64,000 bases of DNA from Bacteroidales bacterium (GTDB lineage Bacteria > Bacteroidota > Bacteroidia > Bacteroidales > UBA3663): NCBI GenBank assembly GCA_045627785.1, contig JAZQOF010000012.1:1238-65237 (forward strand). The letters run 5' to 3'. Shown here one piece after another: positions 9,455 through 18,467 of the stretch (within the stretch, counting starts at the first letter, position 1; every line of letters starts with the position of its first letter). The position numbers and the translations under genes are program-made. Below the pieces are notes generated by a model. The model saw nothing but the letters and a program-made list of their open reading frames with translations. It searched no databases and was not told the origin of the DNA.

Positions 9455-10810
9455 ATGAACAAGTCTAAATTTATCTTATTATGTACATTTATTTCTTTGT
9501 TTTCTTGTAAAGATGGATCTTTCTTAGAAAAAGATTTGTCATATGAGAACAATCAGTATTTATCTTCAAGTGTTCAAACTCGAAGTATTGAGACTGATGA
9601 TGAAATGAGTTTAGACGAAATTAGGTTGGCGATGAGTCAGTTTGGACTTGATACTACAGGTATTTATGAATGGAATGAATATTTCGTAGTAGAGGGTGAT
9701 ATTTTGATCCCGAAAAATAGTCAAATCTATAGACCTTCTTACACACGTCAAGAACACGCCCCGATTTATGTAGCAAATGAATTGGAAATTTCAGTAGGAT
9801 TGTGTGCTGAATATCAAAATGATCAAAGTTGGGTTGCTGCGCTTCAAGAATCCGTGTCTTTGTATAATGAAAATACAGATTTGTATTTTACTTATAGTAA
9901 TAACAATCCTGATATTTTAATTATGCCAGATGATCTTGATGATACTACTTATGGACGCTCAGGTCTCCCTACTTCAGCAAACGCTCCTTTCAACAGAGTG
10001 TATATTAATTATGATTGTTCGTCTTATACTGTGGCAAAAAAGGTCGGAATACTTATGCATGAGATAGGGCATTGTATTGGATTGATGCATACAGAAGCCT
10101 CATTCAATTCTTTTCATGTTCCAGGTACGTCATATACAGATGAGAACTCTTTTATGAGATCATGGGCATCAGATCCTACTTGGCATGGATTCTCGCAAGG
10201 CGATTTGATAATGTTACGTTATCTTTGGCCTGTTGTTTATTGCACACTTTCTTTTAATAATAGTTTGTCTTCTATTATTTTTTCAAAGAAAAGAGGGTAT
10301 GAACTTCAAAGAAATATAGTGCCAAATTCTACAAGTAGTAGAGTTTTTGGTGGATGGTATAATGATCCTAACTTAAATTCAAGATGGCAATATGGTACTG
10401 TTCTTCATCAGGATAGAGTATTGTACCCTAGGTGGTTGACCAGAACAACTACCAAGTCTTTAACGGTGACGTCTTATGCTCCAAATACGTCTAGTTTTAC
10501 AGTTAATGATAGCCAGGTTGTAACATATAAGATAAGAGTGAATAAAGGATTAAATTCATGGTCGTCAATATCAGGGTACTTAAATGAAATCTATGGTCTG
10601 AGTGGAAAGACGGTTCCTTTATATCGATTTGATATGATGAATGAAATATTTCCATCAACAACAGCTCCTTTGTATGTAGAAAAAAGCATTCCTATTTTCA
10701 TAGATGCAGGAACTTATTGGAATCAGGCATTTTTCTGTGCGAGTTTGGGACCTCAAGATACGGCATCCGGTAATCATGGATCAACTGAATTAACTATTTA
10801 TTATCAGTAA
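9455..10810 (+). CDS. zinc metallopeptidase lipoprotein, HEIGH motif (M57 'dual-action HEIGH' type) with a Listeria/Bacteroides-repeat-like segment
   Basis: 451-aa ORF. Lipobox LFSCKD. Zinc motif HEIGHCIGLMH. Segment RVFGGWYNDPNLNSRWQYGTVLHQDRVLYPRW resembles the Flg_new/InlB B-repeat pattern. The gene is visibly more AT-rich than its neighbours. Confidence 0.75.
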   Translation: MNKSKFILLCTFISLFSCKDGSFLEKDLSYENNQYLSSSVQTRSIETDDEMSLDEIRLAMSQFGLDTTGIYEWNEYFVVEGDILIPKNSQIYRPSYTRQEHAPIYVANELEISVGLCAEYQNDQSWVAALQESVSLYNENTDLYFTYSNNNPDILIMPDDLDDTTYGRSGLPTSANAPFNRVYINYDCSSYTVAKKVGILMHEIGHCIGLMHTEASFNSFHVPGTSYTDENSFMRSWASDPTWHGFSQGDLIMLRYLWPVVYCTLSFNNSLSSIIFSKKRGYELQRNIVPNSTSSRVFGGWYNDPNLNSRWQYGTVLHQDRVLYPRWLTRTTTKSLTVTSYAPNTSSFTVNDSQVVTYKIRVNKGLNSWSSISGYLNEIYGLSGKTVPLYRFDMMNEIFPSTTAPLYVEKSIPIFIDAGTYWNQAFFCASLGPQDTASGNHGSTELTIYYQ

Positions 10811-10944
10811 TCTTTGTAAATTTAATTGATATTATAATAGAAAATTATATATCTTTGACATCATTATTATGAAAAAAGTAACCTATGGCTATTTGCAATT
10901 GTGAGCGTATTTTACGTCACAAAAGCATCGAAGACATTAATCTT

Positions 10945-10977
10945 CCTGGGGAGAAATCCAAAGGTCTTAGCCCTAGG
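10945..10977 (+). terminator. hairpin element downstream of the peptidase gene (possible terminator)
   Basis: Stem CCTGGGG / CCCTAGG (one G-U pair). The loop contains GAGAAATCC, as do the hairpins at 9381 and 14451. Followed by a T-rich stretch. Confidence 0.35.
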
Positions 10978-11056
10978 TTACTATAATCTTATTTTTCTCT
11001 CTTATTTTGTCGAAGTGTAATAATATAAATATCTATGATAATTAGTTACTAATAAA

Positions 11057-12178
11057 ATGAAATTAATGAATATTTTCGCAATAGCACTTGCTAGCATCAT
11101 TAGTTTGAGCGCATGCGGTGGTGGAAACGACGATAAAGGTGGTAATGTTGTAGAAAACCTTATGCTTTCTGCTACACCAGAGTCTTTGAATTTTAAGGCA
11201 GAAGGAGGTGAGGCATCTATTAATGTTAGTGCTACCCGTGAATGGAGCTGTTTTGCAACAAATAGCGAATCTTGGATCAGCGTATCTCCAACAAACGGTG
11301 CTTCGGGAAGTAATACCATCAAGGTGTCGGTTCAGGCAAATACTACTTATGAATCCCGTACAGCAGAGATCACTGTAAAGGCAGGTACTGAGCGAAAGTA
11401 TGTTAAGATTTCTCAGGAAGCAGCTGAAAAGCCTGTTTATTCATTCTCTTGCCCTCTCGACGGTTATGAGTTGGCATGGAATGACGAATTTGAAGAGGGT
11501 ACAGAACTCAATTCACAAGATTGGAAACATGAGGTTCAGAATTCAGGTTGGGTAAACCACGAACTTCAGAACTATGTAAACCACAAGTCTCCAAATGGTA
11601 AGCTTGTGACAGAAATTGTTGATGGTAAACTGCAGATCCATTGTTTCAAGGAGAACGGCAAGGTATATTCAGGTCGTGTCTATGGTAAGAGAAATACCGG
11701 ATGGAAATATGGATATGTTGAGGCAAGCATCAAGCTGCCTAAGGGAAAAGGTACATGGCCGGCATTCTGGATGATGCCAGTGAATTTCACAGCTTGGCCG
11801 GCAGATGGAGAGATCGACATCATGGAAGAAGTCGGTGCTAATCCAAATTATGTGTCTTCAAGTCTTCACGCAACTGGTCACGTTCACTCAAACAACACTC
11901 AGGTGACAAAGGAGATAAAGTGTGATGGCGCAGAAGGAGAATTCCACACTTACGGAATGGAATGGACAGCAGACTATTTCCAGTTCTATGTTGATGGAAA
12001 GAAGACACTCTATTACAAGAATCCTGGCACAGGAAAAGTCGATTGGCCTTACGATGCTAATTTCTATGTCATCTTCAACCTCGCTTGGGGTGGAGACTGG
12101 GGTGGATACAAAGGTATCGACGAAAGTGCGCTCCCTATCACTATGGAAGTTGATTGGGTAAGAGTTTGGCAGAAATAA
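11057..12178 (+). CDS. GH16 endo-beta-glucanase (laminarinase / mixed-linkage glucanase type) with N-terminal BACON domain, lipoprotein
   Basis: 373-aa ORF. Lipobox LSACGG. BACON-like segment LSATPESLNFKAEGGEASINVSATREWSCFATNSESWISVSPTNGASGSNTIKVSV. GH16 catalytic motif GEIDIMEE (ExDxxE). Confidence 0.9.
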   Translation: MKLMNIFAIALASIISLSACGGGNDDKGGNVVENLMLSATPESLNFKAEGGEASINVSATREWSCFATNSESWISVSPTNGASGSNTIKVSVQANTTYESRTAEITVKAGTERKYVKISQEAAEKPVYSFSCPLDGYELAWNDEFEEGTELNSQDWKHEVQNSGWVNHELQNYVNHKSPNGKLVTEIVDGKLQIHCFKENGKVYSGRVYGKRNTGWKYGYVEASIKLPKGKGTWPAFWMMPVNFTAWPADGEIDIMEEVGANPNYVSSSLHATGHVHSNNTQVTKEIKCDGAEGEFHTYGMEWTADYFQFYVDGKKTLYYKNPGTGKVDWPYDANFYVIFNLAWGGDWGGYKGIDESALPITMEVDWVRVWQK

Positions 12179-12194
12179 TTAAACAATATATAAT

Positions 12195-14435
12195 ATGAAG
12201 AAAATATCATTATTAACAATTGCAACTGTTGCATTAGCTTTGACAAGTTGCTCTGACAGCGCAAAGAAATGCGATAAATGTGCTGCTGGAGATGCCGACA
12301 TCGAAGCTCGCATTGAGGATGCACTCAGCAAGATGACTCTTCATGAGAAGATCGGAGTGATCCATGCTCAGTCGAAGTTCTCTTCAGCTGGCGTTCCACG
12401 TCTCGGTATTCCGGAGCTTTGGTGTACCGATGGCCCTCACGGTATCCGTCCAGAGGTTCTTTGGGATGAATGGGATCAGGCAGGTTGGACAAACGACTCG
12501 TGTGTAGCCTTCCCTGCACTCACATGTCTTGCTGCTACTTGGAATCAGGATCTCGGCCTGCTCTATGGTAAGAGCATCGGCGAGGAGGCTCGTTATCGTA
12601 ATAAGGCTGTGCTTCTCGGTCCTGGTGTAAACATCTGTCGTACTCCTCTCAATGGTCGTAGCTTCGAGTATCTCGGAGAAGATCCATATCTCTCAGGTCG
12701 TATGGCCGTTGGTTATGTAAAGGGTGTACAGAGCAATGGCGTTGCTGTTTGTGTGAAGCATTACGCTCTTAACAATAATGAAGTGGATCGTTATACTACA
12801 AATGCTATTGCTGACGAGCGTACTCTTCGTGAGATCTATCTCCCTGCATTTAAGGCAGCAGTAGTAGAAGGTGGCGCTTGGAGTATCATGGGTGGCTACA
12901 ACCTCTTCCGTGGCCAGCATGCTTGCCATAACGATTATCTTATGAACAAGGTCCTCAAGGGTGAATGGGGCTTCGACGGTGCCGTAATCTCTGACTGGGG
13001 TGGAACTCAGAGCACGGAAGAAGCTATCTTCAATAGTCTTGACCTCGAATATGGTACTTGGACAGATGGTCTTAAGATGGGTCTTACCAATGCTTATGAC
13101 AACTATTATATGGCTCGTCCATACGAACAACTCATCAACGAAGGCAAGGTTGGTACAAAGGAACTCGATGATAAGGTTCGTCGCGTGCTCCGTCTCATCT
13201 TCCGTACAACAGGCAATCAGAATCGTCCTCTCGGTTCTCTCTGCAGCGACGAACACTATGCTGCTGCACAGAAGATCGGCGAAGAAGGTATCGTGCTTCT
13301 CAAGAACGAAGCAAACCTTCTTCCTTTGAATCTTGCAGGCAATAAGAAGATTGCTGTCATCGGTGAGAATGCAATCAAGATGATGACTGTCGGCGGTGGT
13401 TCTTCTTCATTGAAGGTTCAGCACGAGATTTCTCCTCTCGATGGTCTTAAGAAGCGTCTTGCTGGTAAGGCAGAGGTCGTTTATGCACGTGGTTACGTCG
13501 GAGATGCAACTGGCGAATACAATGGTGTGACAACTGGTCAGAACCTTACAGACAATCGTCCTGCTGAGGTCATCAAGGCAGAAGCTGTCAAGCTCGCAAG
13601 CGAGTCGGATGTTGTAATCTTCATCGGTGGTCTTAATAAGGCAGATCATATGGATGCTGAGGGTTCGGATCGTCTTGAGTATGCTCTTCCTTATGGTCAG
13701 AACGAACTCGTTGAGGCTCTTCTCGAAGCAAACAAGAACCTCGTTGTAGTGAATATCTCTGGTAACGCGGTTGCAATGCCTTGGGCTGATAAGGTTTCTA
13801 CAATAGTTCAGGACTGGTATCTCGGCAGTGAAGCCGGTACTTCTCTTGCTTCAGTTCTCGTCGGTGACGTAAATCCTTCAGGTCACCTCCCAATGACATG
13901 GTATGCTTCTCTCGATCAGAATGGTGCTCATGCAACAGGTGCTTATCCTGGTGTTAAGCGTAACGATGGTTCAGGAATCACAGATCTTGAATATGCAGAA
14001 GGTATATTCGTCGGATATCGTTATGTCGAGAAGAACAATCTCCAGCCGCTCTTCCCATTCGGTCACGGTCTTTCTTATACAACATTCGCTGTCGACAATG
14101 CTAAGATCAAGACTTCAGGCAGTGGCGATAACTTCAAGGCAACAGTTACTGTCGATGTAACAAATACTGGTAATGTTGATGGCGCAGAGGTTGTACAGCT
14201 TTATATCAGCGATGTAGAGTGCTCTGTAGCTCGTCCGGTTAAGGAACTTAAGGGATTCGCTAAGACATCTCTCAAGGCAGGAGAGAAGCAGACTGTAGAG
14301 TTTGAGATCTCAAGCGATGCATTGAAGTTCTACGACGAAGCAAAGGGATGGATTGCTGAGGCAGGTAAGTTTGAAGTTCACCTCGGTGTTTCTTCGGCTG
14401 ACATCAGACAAACTTTGGATTTTGATTATAAATAA
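12195..14435 (+). CDS. GH3 beta-glucosidase, lipoprotein
   Basis: 746-aa ORF. Lipobox LTSCSD. GH3-type motifs KHYALNNNE and GFDGAVISDWGG (nucleophile Asp context). C-terminal fibronectin-like region. Confidence 0.93.
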   Translation: MKKISLLTIATVALALTSCSDSAKKCDKCAAGDADIEARIEDALSKMTLHEKIGVIHAQSKFSSAGVPRLGIPELWCTDGPHGIRPEVLWDEWDQAGWTNDSCVAFPALTCLAATWNQDLGLLYGKSIGEEARYRNKAVLLGPGVNICRTPLNGRSFEYLGEDPYLSGRMAVGYVKGVQSNGVAVCVKHYALNNNEVDRYTTNAIADERTLREIYLPAFKAAVVEGGAWSIMGGYNLFRGQHACHNDYLMNKVLKGEWGFDGAVISDWGGTQSTEEAIFNSLDLEYGTWTDGLKMGLTNAYDNYYMARPYEQLINEGKVGTKELDDKVRRVLRLIFRTTGNQNRPLGSLCSDEHYAAAQKIGEEGIVLLKNEANLLPLNLAGNKKIAVIGENAIKMMTVGGGSSSLKVQHEISPLDGLKKRLAGKAEVVYARGYVGDATGEYNGVTTGQNLTDNRPAEVIKAEAVKLASESDVVIFIGGLNKADHMDAEGSDRLEYALPYGQNELVEALLEANKNLVVVNISGNAVAMPWADKVSTIVQDWYLGSEAGTSLASVLVGDVNPSGHLPMTWYASLDQNGAHATGAYPGVKRNDGSGITDLEYAEGIFVGYRYVEKNNLQPLFPFGHGLSYTTFAVDNAKIKTSGSGDNFKATVTVDVTNTGNVDGAEVVQLYISDVECSVARPVKELKGFAKTSLKAGEKQTVEFEISSDALKFYDEAKGWIAEAGKFEVHLGVSSADIRQTLDFDYK

Positions 14436-14450
14436 ATATGTAGTGTTGAG

Positions 14451-14490
14451 AATCGCTCTATGGGAGAAATCCTGTAGGGCGATTTTTTTT
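14451..14490 (+). terminator. rho-independent terminator closing the PUL
   Basis: 10-bp stem AATCGCTCTA / TAGGGCGATT (one G-U pair) followed by T8. The loop contains GAGAAATCC. Confidence 0.7.
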
Positions 14491-14507
14491 GCACTTATCA
14501 GTTCCTG

Positions 14508-15962
14508 TCAAAGAGTCTGCGTTGACTCGAATTGGTAATCTTTCCCGAATAAGGTAAATCGGATTCGTGCCGCATGTAACATCAGGCGGGTGTCGGCACT
14601 TTGAAAAGGAGACACTGTATAAAGTCTGTCACCCACGATTGGAGTATTGAGACCGAAAGGTGAGGCACAGTGAAGGCGTAGCTGGTGCGTGCGCCCAGTG
14701 AACGGATATAGCTCGAGTAGGGTTTTGCCCTGTTCGCGCTTTATTACTTTATATCTTGTTACAGATTGTTTGCCGAACTGACGATCTGTTGTCTGGCGGG
14801 GACGATCATCTGGGTTCGGACAGATAGGCAGATTGATTACACCACACTCGCTTGACAAATCTCCGTTGACCCAGGCAAGATATGTCTTACGTATGCTGTG
14901 GTCAAGGAATCCTTGCTGTAGCGTCTTGAATACGGAGGCATTCTTTGCGGCAATCATTAGTCCTGATGTCGATTGGTCAAGACGATGTACAAGCATCGGA
15001 CCTTTCACTTCAGGATATTTCTCGTGCAACCAGGTCTCTACATTTGGAAGAGACAGGTCTTTGGCTGGTGTCGAGAGATATTCCGCCGGTTTCTCGATAA
15101 CGATGATATTGTCATCCTCATAGATGATTGCGGGTTCGAGATTCACGGTTTTGTGGTCAAGGTTAGGATTTGAAATTATTTCATCCTTTATTTCCGGGTT
15201 CTCGTTCCTCATCATGAACTGAAGTATCGGCGAACATTTCTCAATACAGCTCGGATAGAACTGTTTGTGCAGACGTATCTCTTTTCTCGGACTGTATCCG
15301 TACCAGAACTCTGCCATCGCTACAGGCTCGAGTCCATGAGTGAAAGCATATTGAAGAAGGCGAGGAGCAGCACATTCTCCTGCACCGCCGGGAGGAAGTC
15401 CTCGTTTGGCATCATTGAAGATATCGAGTATATTTTTTTCTTCTCCTTTGCAGTCTGTGAAGTTGAAATGTTTGAATATCTCGACCTGCAGTGCCTGGCT
15501 GCGTTCTTTGCGTTCGCGTTTTAGCGCGGCTATCTGGTTCCTGTAAACACCGGCATTCGCTTCAAGTTCCTTGATGCGTGCATTGATTGCCGAAATCTTC
15601 GTTTCTTCGGTTTTGTAGAAATCTTCTTCTACGGAAAGGTCGTAGACAGGAGGAACGAAGAATTGATAATTGAAAATTGAAAATTGATAATTATCGGTTA
15701 GCGAGAGGTCCACAATGCCGGAATATGCAGCAAGATATGCGTACTCATTATTAATAATATGTACGCGCGTAGAGTCTGGAGCCTGGGTGAGATAATTTTT
15801 ACTTTTTAATTTTTCATTTTTAATTATCAGTACTCCCAGCATCTTCCCTTTGGCGAACTCTCGTTCCCAGTCGGAATTCGACTTTATGGTAGAACATAAA
15901 TCACCCGCAGCCACTTTGCAAAGCGGATGCGGGTGATATAAATATGGATTATTAATAATCAT
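14508..15962 (-). CDS. RluA-family pseudouridine synthase with about 270-aa N-terminal extension (Cys-motif, deaminase-like?)
   Basis: C-terminal half has the RluA motifs HRLDQSTSGLMIAAK and GRTHQLRLH. The first codon of the track ORF (15965) is TTG, so I used the adjacent ATG at 15962. The N-terminal part has GAGECAAPRLL and YPSCIEKCSPIL motifs and a coiled-coil insert. Confidence 0.85.
   Translation of the reverse strand: MIINNPYLYHPHPLCKVAAGDLCSTIKSNSDWEREFAKGKMLGVLIIKNEKLKSKNYLTQAPDSTRVHIINNEYAYLAAYSGIVDLSLTDNYQFSIFNYQFFVPPVYDLSVEEDFYKTEETKISAINARIKELEANAGVYRNQIAALKRERKERSQALQVEIFKHFNFTDCKGEEKNILDIFNDAKRGLPPGGAGECAAPRLLQYAFTHGLEPVAMAEFWYGYSPRKEIRLHKQFYPSCIEKCSPILQFMMRNENPEIKDEIISNPNLDHKTVNLEPAIIYEDDNIIVIEKPAEYLSTPAKDLSLPNVETWLHEKYPEVKGPMLVHRLDQSTSGLMIAAKNASVFKTLQQGFLDHSIRKTYLAWVNGDLSSECGVINLPICPNPDDRPRQTTDRQFGKQSVTRYKVIKREQGKTLLELYPFTGRTHQLRLHCASPFGLNTPIVGDRLYTVSPFQSADTRLMLHAARIRFTLFGKDYQFESTQTL
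15661..15695. repeat. heptamer repeat block (AATTGAT/AATTGAA) inside the rluA-like CDS
   Basis: aattgataattgaaaattgaaaattgataattatc. On the minus strand it is translated as DNYQFSIFNYQF. Confidence 0.85.
15791..15830. repeat. A/T-rich low-complexity block inside the rluA-like CDS, similar to the left arm of the 59508 element
   Basis: gataatttttactttttaatttttcatttttaattatcag. On the minus strand it is translated as LIIKNEKLKSKNYL. Compare gttgaaaattaaaagttaaaaattgatt at 59508. Confidence 0.6.
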
Positions 15963-15965
15963 CAA

Positions 15966-18284
15966 TTATTCGCCGGCATTTTCTGCTGGACGATCTTCGC
16001 GACGTGGACGATCAAAACCACCTTCGCGACGAGGACGTTCGAAACCTTCACGACGTGGTCGATCATCGCGGCGACGGTCATCGCGGCGTGGACGGTCATC
16101 ACGACGAGGACGATCCTCACGACGCTGGCGTGGTTCTGGCTCTACATAGTCAGCTGGCTTCTCTTTCAAAACCTTTGTTGAGAGACGGAACTTACCGCTC
16201 TTCTTGTCGATCTCAACAAGCTTGACTGTGAGAATATCACCTTCCTTGATGCCAGTCTCTTCCATTGTCTCATAACGCTTCCAGTCGATCTCGCTGATGT
16301 GAAGGAGACCGTCCTTGCCAGGCATGAATTCAACGAAAGCACCGAATGTCTGGATATTCTTGACAGGACCTGTGTAGATCTCGCCTTCTTCTGGGATGGC
16401 AACGATAGCCTTGATCTTAGCAACAGCTGCGTCGATCGAAGCCTTGTTCTCAGAAGAGATTGCAACATGACCCTTACCGTCAGCTTCTTCGATAGTAACA
16501 GTAGCGCCAGTCTCTTCCTGGATACCCTGGATGATCTTACCGCCAGGACCGATAACAGCACCGATGAATTCCTTATCGATATCGAATGCTACGATACGTG
16601 GAGCATGATCCTTGAAGTCTGCGCGAGCCTCTGGCTGTGCTTCGAGCATGCACTGGAGGATGTGATGACGACCTTCCTTAGCCTGCTGGAGTGCCTTCTC
16701 AAGGATTTCGTAAGAGAGACCGTTGCACTTGATATCCATCTGAGTTGCAGTGATACCCTTCTCAGTACCTGTTACCTTGAAGTCCATATCTCCGAGGTGA
16801 TCCTCATCACCGAGGATATCTGAGAGAACTGCATATTTTGGAGAATCTTCGTCCTTGATAAGACCCATTGCGATACCTGAAACCGGACGGATTATTGGGA
16901 TACCTGCGTCACGCATTGAGAGTGTAGCACCGCAAGTAGAAGCCATAGATGAAGAACCGTTAGACTCGAGGATGTCTGAAACGACACGAACTGTATAAGG
17001 GAAATCCTTTGGAATCATACCCTTTACAGCACGCCAAGCGAGGTGACCATGACCGATCTCACGACGACCTACACCACGCTGTGCCTTTGCCTCACCTGTT
17101 GAGAATGGAGGGAAGTTGTAGTGGAGGAGGAACTTGTCGTAACCGTTACGGAGCACATCGTCAACCATCTTCTCATCGAGCTTGCTGCCGAGAGTACATG
17201 TTACGAGAGCCTGAGTTTCACCACGAGTGAAAACTGCTGAACCGTGAGGGCCTGGGATATAGTCTGGCTCGATCCAGATAGGACGAACCTCATTGAGAGC
17301 ACGACCATCGAGACGGGTTCCGACATCGAGTACGCAACGGCGCATTGCCTCGCGTTCTACATCGTGGAAGTAACGGTCGATCATACCGAGCCATTCTTCG
17401 TCTTCCTTCTTCTCTTCTGGGAGAGCTTCGATATATGCTTCCTTGACAGCCTCGAATGCTGCTTCACGCTCATGCTTGTTCTTGTTACCGCTCTTAGCGA
17501 TGTCATAGCATCCCTGGTAGCACTTAGCCTTGACGTCTGCACGGAGCTCGTCGTCGTTAACTTCATGGCAGTATTCCATTACAGGTTTGCCGACAGCCTC
17601 CATGAGTTCCTTCTGGATTACGCAGTGTACCTTGATAGCATCGTGAGCTGCCTTGAGAGCGCCGAGGAGATCCTGCTCGCTCACTTCTTCCATCTCACCT
17701 TCTACCATCATGATGTTGTCGTAAGTAGCACCGACCATGAGATCCATGTCTGCCTGCTTCATCTGTTCGAAAGTAGGATCGATGACATACTCGCCATTGA
17801 TACGTACTACACGTACTTCAGAGATTGGGCCTTCGAAAGGAATACCACTTACTGCCATAGCTGCAGAAGCTGCAAGACCAGCGAGAGCATCTGGCTGGTT
17901 CTCCTTGTCTGAAGAATATAGAGTCACATTGACAAATGTCTCAGCATGATAGTTGCTTGGGAAAAGTGGACGGAGTGCACGGTCAATGAGACGGCTTGTC
18001 AAAATTTCATAATCACTTGCTTTACCTTCGCGCTTTGTGAAACCACCAGGAAAACGGCCTGCAGATGCGTATTTCTCTTTATACTCTACTGTGAGCGGCA
18101 TGAAATCAGTGCCTGGTGTCACTGTGCGCGCTGTACAAACTGTGGCAAGCAACATAGTGCCACCCATGCGGAGCTCCACTGCTCCGTCGGCCTGCTTTGC
18201 CACCTTACCTGTTTCGAGAGTGATGGTACGTCCATCGCTCAAGGTAATTGTCTTCTTAATTGGATTAACCAAATTGTTTACCAT
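15966..18284 (-). CDS. pnp: polyribonucleotide nucleotidyltransferase (PNPase) with Arg/Asp-rich C-terminal tail
   Basis: 772-aa ORF. Two RNase PH-like domains. KH motif [21 protein letters not shown]1 domain [20 protein letters not shown]. Tail [48 protein letters not shown]. Confidence 0.97.
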   Translation of the reverse strand: MVNNLVNPIKKTITLSDGRTITLETGKVAKQADGAVELRMGGTMLLATVCTARTVTPGTDFMPLTVEYKEKYASAGRFPGGFTKREGKASDYEILTSRLIDRALRPLFPSNYHAETFVNVTLYSSDKENQPDALAGLAASAAMAVSGIPFEGPISEVRVVRINGEYVIDPTFEQMKQADMDLMVGATYDNIMMVEGEMEEVSEQDLLGALKAAHDAIKVHCVIQKELMEAVGKPVMEYCHEVNDDELRADVKAKCYQGCYDIAKSGNKNKHEREAAFEAVKEAYIEALPEEKKEDEEWLGMIDRYFHDVEREAMRRCVLDVGTRLDGRALNEVRPIWIEPDYIPGPHGSAVFTRGETQALVTCTLGSKLDEKMVDDVLRNGYDKFLLHYNFPPFSTGEAKAQRGVGRREIGHGHLAWRAVKGMIPKDFPYTVRVVSDILESNGSSSMASTCGATLSMRDAGIPIIRPVSGIAMGLIKDEDSPKYAVLSDILGDEDHLGDMDFKVTGTEKGITATQMDIKCNGLSYEILEKALQQAKEGRHHILQCMLEAQPEARADFKDHAPRIVAFDIDKEFIGAVIGPGGKIIQGIQEETGATVTIEEADGKGHVAISSENKASIDAAVAKIKAIVAIPEEGEIYTGPVKNIQTFGAFVEFMPGKDGLLHISEIDWKRYETMEETGIKEGDILTVKLVEIDKKSGKFRLSTKVLKEKPADYVEPEPRQRREDRPRRDDRPRRDDRRRDDRPRREGFERPRREGGFDRPRREDRPAENAGE

Positions 18285-18315
18285 AATTATTTTATATAAC
18301 TCACTTAAATATCCG

Positions 18316-18323
18316 CAAAGATA
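18316..18323 (-). promoter_or_regulatory. candidate -7 box (TATCTTTG on minus strand) for pnp
   Basis: TAnnTTTG match 31 nt upstream of the pnp ATG (18284). Confidence 0.45.
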
Positions 18324-18394
18324 ATCAATTTAGTCGTAATAAGAGCATCACTGCCATAAAAAAACAAATAATTAATATAAATTAGTAGAATTCT

Positions 18395-18425
18395 TTTGGT
18401 TTATTTCAAAAAATATCTACCTTTG
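18395..18425 (+). promoter_or_regulatory. candidate promoter (TTTG-N19-TACCTTTG) for the thioredoxin-fold lipoprotein gene
   Basis: TTTG at 18395-18398 and TACCTTTG at 18418-18425. The spacing fits the Bacteroides -33/-7 consensus. Lies 42 nt before ATG 18468. Confidence 0.5.
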
Positions 18426-18467
18426 CCATCGCATTTTAGGATTCACACTCTTTTTATATAAGAAAAA

